Source: Amphiscolops sp. MND2022 (lineage: Eukaryota). From it: a DNA stretch of 64,000 nt. A model generated the notes under the pieces. That model was given only the letters and a program-made list of their open reading frames with translations. It had not been told where the DNA came from and made no database searches. The translations under genes and the position numbers were made by a program. Where the stretch lies: positions 20,028,001 to 20,092,000 of the forward strand of contig OZ076409.1 in NCBI GenBank assembly GCA_964187785.1. Reading direction: 5' to 3'. Positions 40,495 to 52,069 of this stretch are shown here, piece after piece (the first letter of the stretch is position 1; every line of letters begins with the position of its first letter).

Positions 40495-41795
40495 ATGGAT
40501 TTTGAAAACCAAGGTTGTGGGGGTTCCGTAACTGCATCACCTGATACTTATGCTGAGAAAACGAGCATCAATCATGACCAACTTGAACTGCAGATGTCAG
40601 TTGATTCTCTTCACGTTGATGTTTCTGCGAAGAAGCAAGTTGAACAAATAACAAATCTTTTACCCAAAAATATCTCATCCAACGTTAATCACAATCGAAT
40701 GAGCTCTCGAGTATCCTACCTTAGCAGAAGATCCAATCGTTTGAAGCATAAAATGAGGAAACTGCAGATGTGTCAAATAGGACTCCAAGTAGCTCCAAAC
40801 CCCTGTGATGAAAACTCAAGTCGATCAAAATCAAATTTTATGATCATGAAGAAAAAATTGAAGTGTATCCCCGAAGATTCTGATGATACTGATTCTGACT
40901 CTTCATCTTGTAATGATAACGATCACGATGTATCAGTCAAATCAGTTAACCCCAATCACAAGCCAAAATGGAATGAATTGGAGAAGTTGGAAGCATCAAA
41001 AAACGAAATATTAGAGGATTTAGCTTCGCAGAATGCTCAAACTTATAACAAATGGCAATGGCTTCAATTCCAAATTCAAGGTCTGGAATTCAAAATACTT
41101 CAAACTAACGAAACGCTGAGAAAAATTAGATCTCAGGAATTGAAGGCAAAATTCGATACTATTCCTTTCGCGTTATCTGCTGATGGTTCAACGGAAGAAA
41201 CCATAAGTGCTGCAAGAATCCGAGGGCTGGAATCACACCCCAAGAAGAAACTAGTTTCAACTTTGAATGTCATTACTCAGTCCAAAAACGAACTACCCTT
41301 TTCCGGTATCCCTTGTTCGTGTCCGCCAAACTTGTGCTGTATTATATGCGGAGGACCGGGTGTGCTGCATGTTCAAAACCCATCTCCCCTTTCAGACTTC
41401 TGCAGAAGGAGAATAGAAATAGTACACCCTACTTATCACAAAGTTATATGTGCTGGCAAAATGCCTCTTTCAGTCCAATATGGGCGCCTGATAAAAGGAA
41501 GGAAATGGAACTCACGTGCTTCATTGGCTTCCTCCAAGAATGACTCGGCTGCTGCGAAGATTGACGCTGGTTCCAGTGACAGTTTGCTTCAAACCAAGAA
41601 AGCAAGACAGACTCAATTGCAAAGGTTATTGGAAGTCAAAAAGAAAACGCGATCCAAGAAACCTAAAAAGAACAAAGGTACTGACGAGAAGTCTAACAAG
41701 GCTACTTCTAAAGATGGAAACAAGCCTCTCACTAGTGTCGAAAGCGCGGCAGGAGTTGAAAACGACGGAAACAATTCGGATTCAAAGAAAACCAG
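40495..41795 (+). CDS. KANSL1: KAT8 regulatory NSL complex subunit 1 homologue, coding exon 1
   Basis: DSDDTDSDSS; KWQWLQFQIQGLEFKI (cf. RWNWLQAHVSDLEYRI); WIN-like SAARIR; CSCPP..CIICG. Polypyrimidine/AG acceptor at 40475 precedes the ATG. Donor AG|GT at 41796. Confidence 0.88.
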
Positions 41796-42295
41796 GTATA
41801 CTGTCAGGATATGGGCTGTCCTTGTGATGAATTCCATAAATCTTCCATTTTTCGTGGCACACTGAAATTCAGGCTTAGTAGAAGTGTTCCAATTTTGTAC
41901 CAAGACATTTAATGAGCTTCACTTCAAGCTCATCAGATTTTTAGCACTATTTTGAATTTATTTTAAAGATTTTCTGAGTCACATAGGACGATGGTACCAA
42001 CGTCATACAATGTATATTAGTTGTTGGTACGAACTTGAGATTTAGAACATTTTCTGAAGCAGTGACGTTTTTTGCAGGTGAAATTATGCATAGCTGGTGC
42101 TGGACTCGTTATTATTGACTTTCTCGTGAACTTTTAAAATTACCTGAAATCTTAACAATTTTTAAATCATGTAAAATGAAATGAAGCCCAAAAATGTCTT
42201 CAAAAACTATTATTTCTGTCCCCACTGATGGTTTTGATAAAGTGGTTACTTTTTCTTAGTTGGTGTGGAAACAAACTACTGAATCTGTTTTTCAG

Positions 42296-43082
42296 TCGAT
42301 CGTCCAGTCCGGGTCTGTCGAAGTCCTTGTTCAAGGATCCTCCGTATATACCTGACCTGAGTGAATCAAGTGGCGAATCTTCAGATGACGAGCAAGGTTG
42401 CAAGACTAATCTAACCACAGTAATCTCGAAGCCCAAAGCTAACAACCGAAGCAATATGAAAAACTTTATCGTTGGAACTACGTCCAAAGAGTCTACTGAA
42501 CCGCAAATACCTAGAACTACTCAGAAAACTAGCGTAGTTGACCCAACTTCGAACGAAGTGGCGTCCGAGTCAAAACCCAGTGGAAATGAGCAGCCGACTA
42601 ACTCGTCCTCGTTGAAAAAAGTTTCATCTGAAACCGAAATCAGGGAAGACATAGTGATTCCATTGTCAAACTCGCTACCTCTATTTGAACCCGTTATCTA
42701 CAAAACCATCGAGACTCCGCAATGGCGCACTAAGTGGATAGACCCCTTACCTATGAAGAACGTTGGTATACCCAGACAAGAGACATTGGAGGAAATGAGT
42801 GTGGATAAATATGCAGCTATGCACTATCGCTTTGAACACGAAGAGAAAGTTAAAAGCGCCGGACTTCACAGACAGACAAACCCGGGGTCTATGATCAGCA
42901 ACCTCGTTTCCAAACCACCGGAGACCCGTTCTTTGGCAAGTTCCGGGTCGTCGCTAGGCGCTGAGGAGGACATTGGCAGTGGTCCTTACGAAAAAAGAGA
43001 CTTTCCACTGACTCAGCGGCAACTACTAGATTTCAATAAAACTGTTACAACCAGGAATCATGATTTCTTTGATGTTCTTTGA
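42296..43082 (+). CDS. KANSL1: KANSL1 homologue, coding exon 2 with PEHE domain
   Basis: Acceptor ttttcag at 42295 matches the phase-2 donor. DIVIPLS...YKTIETPQWR...EEMS...MH..FEHEE (PEHE) and PYEKRDFPL. Joined CDS is 695 aa. Confidence 0.88.
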
Positions 43083-43426
43083 CAAAACGTGAACGCTTCC
43101 CCCTAAATGTTTGCCTTGGAAATTGACTATGCACCATTTAGCTCGATATTTTTCACATTTTGTTTCATTCTGACGATATGAAAGGAAAAAGTGAGTTTTC
43201 AACAATTCTAATTTGAATGAAACTCCCAAAGTAGTCGATTTTCAGACAAAATAGGTTATTCGTCTTTTGTGTTTCTGTGCTATTCACGCTTTTGTCATCT
43301 GTCTGGAAAGCTGTTTGGGATCATTGCAAGCCTCCTGTTCATGTTTGTGTAGAGACGAAGGTTTAGTTAAATGTCTAAGTGTAGTCAGTATGTTTGTGCT
43401 GCATATAAATACTGATTCATTAGTTG

Positions 43427-43858
43427 GGGAGCGGGACAAAACAGCCGATTTTAAACGGGACAAAACAACCGATTTTAAAACAGTACAGAATCGCCGATTA
43501 GCAAAAATAAAAATCACCGATTTTAATGCGTAAGATTAGCAGTCAATAAAATTATTATTATAACAGTCAACTATGTTCACATACCCCTAGTGCCCTAAAT
43601 GCAGAAGCGGAGCGACGTGCCATATGGCCATGTGTCAATGTTGCTACTTGGCGAAGGGAGCGAAGCGATCGAGCCATACAACAAATATGAACCTCTTCAA
43701 ATAAATCAAGTTCCATGCATATTGGCTGTAACAGCACTCATTTTGTCCCATTTTGAAAATCGGCTGTTTTGTCTCGTTTTAAAAATCGACTGTTTTGTCT
43801 CGTTTTAAAAATCGGCTGTTTTGTCTCGTTTTAAAATCGGCTGTTTTGTCCCGCATCC
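43427..43858 (-). mobile_element. Foldback/Mutator-like MITE with 9-bp TSD, carrying core A
   Basis: TIRs built from gacaaaacagccgattttaaa repeats. cattagttg at 43418-43426 and 43859-43867. Core A reversed at 43558-43687. Confidence 0.85.
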
Positions 43859-44799
43859 CATTAGTTGTTCAACCGCCGCAGCTTCCATCGTCACGTGTAT
43901 CCCTTTCCATTAGTGCGAAGTATTTGTTTAGCCAAATCAGCTCGACCCAACTTTCAAATGTATCGTATGTAAACTTTAATCCATCATTTTCTTTGTAGTT
44001 ATAGTACAATTTGCAACAATGAATGTTTTTTTTTTAAAATTCCTTAGATGCATTGGAAGCATGCTTCAACTATATGAAGATTCAAAATTTAAGCTGCGGA
44101 AGAACAAAACGGGAAGAAGCTAAAAAACTGTTTGGTTTTTAGGGAATTTTGAAAAGTCGGTGACGGAAAAGTGCAAGAATTCCGAAAAGCAAAAGCATGC
44201 AATCAACAAGGATTCTTCAAATTTAATACATGAGGCGATTGCAATTACATGACACATGTGGCGTGTTTTCAAATGCGACGCTGAAAAAAAACTCGTAAAT
44301 GTTGACTTTTTCTTGCAGCCAGGTTGATGAATTCAACAGCAGGTTAAATCCAGAACAAGTCAGGTGTGTTAAAAGGGTAAAAATTCAAATGGTACTAACT
44401 AAAGACCAGAACGTAATAATACACGGAATTGTTTTAAGCTGCAATAATTCCTGTTGAACTTTAATTAGAACTGATCACGAAGTAAATCGTACCTTTAGTA
44501 GGGCCTATGTATCTTTAATTTTGGATCGAGGCCAATAGAATTTCAAACTTCACTGTGATTTACAATTCATCAAGCTTTCTGGCAATTTTGACAATTTTAG
44601 AAGTAGCCGGGCGGAATTTTTGAGAACTCAAATTATTCATGAATTTACTGGTGATATATACCGAACAGGCAAGTTAGTTTATTGAAATTTTCCTTTGTGC
44701 TGATCCGTAACAACCCTGAAACAATGCTGAAGAACAGAAGACTTCTTGAGAGCGTCAAGCTACTCCTGGTTGCCTAGATTACATCTTCAGGCAGTTTTT

Positions 44800-46400
44800 A
44801 CGAGATGGGTCGATTTGTTGACGGAGGTGAAATATTGGAAAATTAAAGAAGTTCGGGAAAAGATCTGATACCTGAATCATGCTCTGCGATTTGGACATGA
44901 ATATTAGCACCGCCTACGTCATGGTGCAACCTTGAGAAATGACATTAAGTCTGTTATAGGTACAAGGTAGCAGACCTTTTTCTAGTATTATAGTCATGAC
45001 AGGCCAAACTTGTATCAAGGTATACCATGGTTGACTCGAATCGTAGATGTTTGAAAACCTCATTTACCACTTCGACAATGAACTTTACGTGGACATTAAA
45101 AACTGTTTCGAGTAAGCGTCTGGTAAAATGTCCCATTTTCGTTGGTGAAAACTCCGGAAAATTCCTCGTTGTGCTTCGATAGGCTCAAGTTTCGTCTTGT
45201 AGGTAGATTTATAGTTCTTGGGACCATACCTAATCACCGATTGAGCATACGCATAATAAAAAACTTTGCGGAAACGGTCACATCTTGTACACTATTCCCC
45301 AACTTTATTGAGTTTTTTATTACCTGCTATATGTTTTTTCTGAAATGAAAATAGCGTCGAAGTAAAAACCTGAATATTTCCATTGAGGCGGCAAAAAATT
45401 CTGCGCCGAACGCCTGAAATGAGAAAGGTTCACAAGCTCCAACGCTTGATGATTCACAATTATCAGTGTTCATGCTCAATTCATTGTTTGAAAACCAGCT
45501 TCGTGCAATCTTAACATGGCTGAAAATTTCATGTTTTGCTTTACGTCCGAAGTTGTACAGGGAGGAGTCGTCAGCAAACCGCGCAATTCGACTTCCTTGA
45601 ATACAGTCGTAAATCATTTATGTACAGCTGAAAACAGAAGGACCTAGAATAGATTCCTGTGGCACTCTGGTGGTTTATGTTGATAATGAAGAGTTTTTAC
45701 TTTGATCAATTACATACTGATTGCTATTCTGTAAATAGATTTGGATAAGATGGAAAATAGGTCCACGGAATCCACAAAATTCCAGTTTTGCTAATAGTAG
45801 CTTATGATCTCTCGTTTGAATGCTTTTTTCAGATCCGTGAAGCAAAAATAGTCTCGATTGCTTTATTAATTTTTTTTGTCTTTTATATTAATTTATTTCA
45901 CCGATTGCATTTGTGAAGATCTAATCATTTCTGAATCGAAGTTGATTGGAGCTCGGAATTTTGTGTTTGGTTACAAACTTGTCATTTTTTTCGAAAGCAA
46001 ATTTTCAAAGCATTTGCTCATTGCAGTCAAAAGGCTGATAAAATGAAGACTACCAGGTTGAATTTTGTTTTCGGTCCTCCATGCATTTATTGAATAGGGT
46101 TGTTAAATTTTTTTGATGATAGGCGAACAGCATTTAGGAATTTCATTGCTGATCTCATCATGACCATTGCCTTGCTTCCGTTTCAGGTAATCTTTTTTTT
46201 CGTGCTCATTTGTGTATGCTAGGACCATTGTCTGTTGAATTCGCTGAATTTGTCCAGGCTTCGTTAGTTGAAATTTTTGCCACTTTTTTTCGAACCCGCT
46301 GGAACACTGGTCAAACGTTTCAGCATTCAGTGTTTTAAAAGGTGGTTGTAAGTATTTTCATAATGATCGGATAAGGTTAGTTTGAGTGTAAGTTTGTTAT
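44800..46400 (-). mobile_element. Decayed LINE RT fragment
   Basis: VPQESILGP, RFADDSSLY, and a KAF motif on the minus strand. Confidence 0.75.
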
Positions 46401-47366
46401 GATTCAGTTTTGAAACAGTTCGAGCATAAACCTTTCAGAGCTAACGAAAAACATTTAACCTTGTCGTTATTTAAGTTTTTTTGGAAAAAAACTTCCATAT
46501 GCCATAAAGTACTCATAAATTTAAAAAACATTTTTTGTAAAAACTCAAAACCCGAAATGAAAGAAATCCAAAGATACGTTTTACTAAAATAAAAGTTTTC
46601 AAAAACAGTTCGTGTCAAAACCCCAAGAGAGTATCTTTGGCTACGTCTAGCTTTGCATGCAAAGAACAAAATAAATACTGCGCGAATACGAGCCCCACGT
46701 ACGCCTGCTCTGCCTCAATTTCACAAACCCTAACCATTAGGCCACCAGAATGTTTTCAGTAGTTTAGGAACTTCTGAGAAGGTATTTTGCCAAAAATCGA
46801 CGAAAAGAATCTCGCTAAAAAATATCTTTTCAAACAATTTTTCCTTCTGACTTTCAGTAAAAATTTCAGATAAAGGTTTTTGATGTCAACTACTTGGTCT
46901 TGTTACCTCTAAGTAAGTGTATGCTGTCAGTGGCTATATCGTAAAATATTCACCTTTCAGTTTCAAGTTAGGTTTTCCATCTTCATCTGGGAAAAACACC
47001 GTTTAAAGTTCAAATTAGATCAATATTCCACTGCGTTTTTCCATCCAGTCAATCATTTTTGACATCACTCCAATACAAAGAAGTTCTCGGTAGCTGCCCA
47101 AGAAAGAATAAGATTGAACTAATACTGTTTTTTCTTGCACTTTTCTTCATAACCTTCTTGTTTGGTTCCTTTTCTAACGTTTTAGAAGGTCTTTCATGTT
47201 GGCTGGTTGGTCTTTTTGCTTTAGCCTCTGGATGCAAAATTATTACATCGTTTCAAGACTTTTACGTATCCTAGTTCCTTTGACCAACGATTTTTCCAGT
47301 ACCATCCAAGTTTTTCGTTTTCGGTTAAAATGAGTTTTTTCCAGTTGGTGAGATCCAAATGACAGC

Positions 47367-50300
47367 TGTAAGATTTTTAGTTTTCCAGTAGCTTTAACTA
47401 TTTGTTGAGAATAGCTCCACTACAACTCAATTAAACCCGTAGGTACCATGCACGAGACAAGGACTGGCTGAGTATCTACATAAATTTTTATTAACTCCGA
47501 AGAAGAGACGAATCAACTTAATCGAAGGCGGTGGGGGTAAGTGTGACAAGGAAATCACGATCTTTACAACTTTGCTATTTTTCCCTCTTTCAGGGGTTTG
47601 TCTCGCTACTCTTGGACTGTTTGAAATTATCTTTTCGCTGATGAAAAGAAGCAGGTTGAACTTTAATTACTATACATCAAATAAATAAGTCGAGTAATAG
47701 ACACAAATACAATTTCACATCCACGAATAATAGAATGAATAATATGATAACATCGATAATAGCGGAGAATATTACTGAGTATATTAGGAGGCATATTAGG
47801 AGGCATATTAGGAGGCATATAACACAAGAGAACAGTATACAAGAATTTCAGCAAGGTTAAGTTTTTGTATCCGTAAGGATGGGGGTGATATCGAAGATAT
47901 CGGAAGAATCAACTCGCCGCAAAATCTCTATCGGTCTTGGAGTGAAAAAAACAACAATCCGTGTATTATCAGCCCACTTAGGCTCAACCGTGTATTATCA
48001 GCCCACTTAGGCTTAAACCGTGTATTATCAGCCCACTTAGGCTCAACCGTGTATTCTCAGCCCACTTAGGCTCAACCGTGTATTATCAGCCCACTTAGGC
48101 TCTTTTACATGTAATACGATAGACCAGCAGTCCACCCTACTCCCGGGTCGAAATCCGTACTAGCGAAAAGCGGGGTAGCAACAATTCAGGCAACTTCAGG
48201 TTGTTAGGCTGAAGGCACGGGCTAACCGGCCAGACGAAGTAAATCTGCAATTTCGATAGTCCGGCGTCTGATGCGGGATGCTATCGGACGCAAAGCAGCA
48301 AACCGTTCTCTAGATTTCAACTCACTTTGTGTGTCGCTAAAATGGCACACACTTCGGCCTCAGTTACTTTTTCGGCAGTTTAGTCATATCATTATTCATA
48401 GTTTATCATCTTTCCTTTTTCGGGTTCTGACTAAGTGTTGAGCAATAGAGTTTTTTCCTACTTCGGTACTGAAAGTTCATTAGAAGTACATTTTCTCAGC
48501 ACGAGTCGGTCCTAGTTCCACCTCCTTGTCAATCATGACTGATGGTTTTACTTCGTTTTCAATAGAATTTAAGGGGTGGTGCTACTGACTCAGTGTTTCC
48601 CACTTTTGTAAACACGACTTGAACTTCGGCTTACTGATTGACATTTGCACCTTTTGCCAGGTCTCTTTTTCTCACGCGGTTCCTGACAACTCTCTCCAGC
48701 TAAATCTGGCTGAAGGAAATAATTTTCTACAATTTACAATGACCTAAAAGGCGATTTTAATTCATATCTAAAAGAATCGATTTTTGTGTTACACTTTCTA
48801 AGGGCAAAAACTAGGTATTCCGATCACGGGGGGCGAAAGTTAAGTACACTATTTGAAAGTACAATCCAAGGGCTACAAAAGCTTGCATAATGGTTTTCTT
48901 TCTATTTCAACTCCTTCATGGTGAAAAACGCCTTTAAAGTTTGGTAGTCAAAAATCACCCGTCGGTTTTCACGCAAATCTCAACTTTGGAGTGCTAGTAC
49001 TCAGTCAATTTGAAAGATACAGGCTGGGGGCATATATACATCGTTAGCCCAAGCCATTAGGAGTATTTTGCACTTTAGATGAGGCCTCTAGCTGGTCTCA
49101 ACAAAATTTGATAGTACTTTTTCTGAAAGTAGTCATTTTCCCTATTTTTATGTCTGGACTTTCAGTTTTGGAGGTCAATATCTCGAAACCAAGGTATTTT
49201 TCGGAAAAACGCTTCTGCTAAACGCTGTGCGCCTGGGTCTTGTGCGTCTACCCTGAAAGTTTCAGTTCGATATCGCTCAAAACGTGCGGGGGGGGGGAGT
49301 TCGCATTTTGGTAGGTCGACATCCCTATCGGCGGAAAGAAATCACAACTTTAAATTCTTGGGGGTTCTTCGCTAGCGCGCCGCAGCACTCTATTTATTAT
49401 TCTATTCACTCCTCCACTTCAATTCTCAAGTACGCTGTGAAAGGGGTGGCTATTGTGCGCTTACTCGTTGAGTACTAAGCGATAACATGTGAAAAACGGC
49501 TTTTTAGGCCAATTTAGGGCTGTTTTTAACGTTTGCTGGCTCAGTTCTCAAAAACTACTGAAAATTATTTATTTTCCAATTAACACAAGTTAGGGCATTC
49601 ATTTATCTTTAATTTAGGCCATATCCGAACAATTTCTGACAACTGTAGCGATCACACAAAATTTTTAAAGGAAACTCAATTTTGGAAAATCGTCAAAATT
49701 TTATATTCACTTATTTTCAAAGCTTCCCCCGATATGTTCCCGGGGTTGCACGACGCTCATATTCTCAACTTAAGCTCTCCTTTGGACGGGCTGTCGAATG
49801 CTGAAAACCGTTTGTCGATATCTTTTTCCATCTTTGAGAAATCTCGTTTTGATTTTTAATTTGCATTAAGAGAGGGGATAATTCCAAAGTGTGCGGCGGC
49901 CGTTTTCTTATTAGCTATGTGTACAGCCACTCACAGCGCGTTCTTAATTTCATTACTTTCGCTTTCTGACACGCTTAGCTGAGTTGCATTCTATGCTGTT
50001 CACGCACACAGCGGAGTTTTCACTCTCGCTTACCCTCAAACACATGTATTAACATAGTAATTTGGCTAAATCTCTATTCTCAGTCAATGATGACTTTAGG
50101 TTCAATTTTTGTGGGAATACGTTGGTTTAAAGTTCTTAAATGTTTACTCAACACGTAGTCAGGTCAGAAAGGAACATTTTGGTGGTTTAATTTTTCTTAT
50201 ATTCGCAATAGGTATTGAGAAATTCAATGTTAAAGTTTCGTTCCGAATAGAATTTTCTTACATAGGTTTAGGTGGTGGCGGCCGTCTCACTGCATTAATA

Positions 50301-50514
50301 CGTTGCGCGGTCGCTTCATAGCAGCTAAGAATGGTTATTTTAGTTGTCCGCGAGACTAAAGACAATATTATTGACATTAAACAATAGTGTGAGGTACTTG
50401 AAGTACTTACTGTAATCTTTACTTTTATACGATATCACCTCGTAAAATCTACCTTGCTGATGGACTAAAATTTAATAAACACCAAATCATGAGCGAAAAG
50501 TCAAAAATCCTACA
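47367..50514 (-). repeat. 3' LTR (3148 bp)
   Basis: Near-identical to 58350-61493; tgtaag...cctaca. Confidence 0.97.
47959..48102. repeat. 5 x 29-bp tandem repeat inside the LTR (also 58942-59085)
   Basis: Unit ccgtgtattatcagcccacttaggctcaa. Confidence 0.95.
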
Positions 50515-50526
50515 TTCCCCCCCCAC
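50515..50526 (-). promoter_or_regulatory. Polypurine tract
   Basis: GTGGGGGGGGAA on the minus strand, abutting the 3' LTR. Confidence 0.9.
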
Positions 50527-52069
50527 TTGGACTACTACTCTCCTGAGTAGTTGGTTTATTTAAATTTTATTCTTTTAGTAGGGGCGTTCTGATTCGTTAA
50601 TTCGTAGTCCAGTCAGGTTGTAATGTAGCCTTGTTTCATCAACTTAATCTCTTTTATTTTGTAAACAAGTGCTTGAAATACATTTATAACAATATAAAAT
50701 CACTCACACTCTATTAACAATCCTCCTAATTAAAGACAAAAACACTCTATTCCTTAAAATACATTAAATTCATCAAAATTTTCCATTCTCTCACACAAAT
50801 TGTATCCCTTTTCTATCCAATATAAGATTTTGGGAGTGAAGTGTGGTCAATTTTAAAACAATCTCTTTTCTGTTATAACTAAGTTCTTTACTGACTGGAT
50901 TTCTTAGTTCATTCTCCTAAGTTTTAATATTTCAATAATTAATTCAATTTTCTGTCCAAGCAAGGAAAATATAGTTTTCGAGCTTTTCTTTGGGGCAAAT
51001 AAATACAGGGGGGGTTTAATGGTTACGGATTTAATCTGGATACAATTATTCATTGTGAAAAGGTTCGTCTCACGTGTAGGGTTCCGTACTAGCGCTGGCA
51101 AGCTTTCTTCACACAAAATAGCCTTCGGATCATCTCGGGACATCTTGTCATCTCGTTGGTAGGGAGAGTGTTGAACTTCGTCGACGGCGATGCTGCTGAG
51201 GTCGAGGCACACATCTTTGTCCAAAGTTCGCACAATTGTTGGTTGTTCTTTCAATCGACATATATAACATCCCACACAATATTAACACACCCCAAAATTG
51301 TGATACTTCATTGAAGAGGAATACTTTTCACTTTTCTGAATTGCAGTCGAAGAGAAGTAGGTTACTTCGCTGAGTTTACCTGAGACAGGTTGCAGAGTCA
51401 TTACAACGGAATAAACGTGCAATCTCCCTTCGCAAGTCATTCGTGGCAAGAACTCTATGTGACCGGTACTCAAATATCGCCATGAAGGGGAGATAGTCTC
51501 TCTTCGGGATCTTCTTCAGTTAACGTACCGAGACTTTGTTAGCGATACTGATTTGACATGTCATTTCTGCGATTTGGTAGTTACGAAAGGTCGCCCGCGC
51601 AGGCCTCGACGGACAAGCCTCAACGCTGGGTTCGAACGAGATCTTACTTTTCACGCCGGTACCCGATTACGTCAACACAAATACTACATTTACATTATCT
51701 TTCGACTATACTAGCGAGTCGAATTATTCAAGCATGGAAAAAAAATTTTTCTGACAACACGAAGCACAGATACATAGAGGTTAAATACGGTAATAATCGT
51801 TTTTTTAAAAGTCCTTCAAATTGATTGTAGGGGCGATGACTACAATTTTTCAATTCTAGTAACTGAGGTAATTAGGTTAAGGCAAAACTAAATGAAGGAG
51901 AGCCGGTAGCGACACGGATGACACTACGTTTCGAACTCATCACCTCCTGATTGACTATCCGAGCTTACAGTTAATTCAATTAGTCATGCTCGCGAACGGC
52001 TAAACGAATGATGAGCTTCACTACTTCGGATGATTCAACTCACCTGACCATCACCCGAAGACATTAATG

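Noticed and set aside
39415..43687. Inverted core A copies flanking KANSL1, as if TIRs of a gene-capturing transposon
   Set aside because: Each copy sits inside its own MITE with different arms, and the right one has its own 9-bp TSD.
47663..50321. Short ORFs duplicated in both LTRs (MPPN repeat and others)
   Set aside because: Duplication follows from LTR identity, and MPPN is a translated 12-bp tandem repeat.
50527..52069. env gene in the macro-Gypsy element
   Set aside because: No long ORF, signal peptide or transmembrane segment visible.
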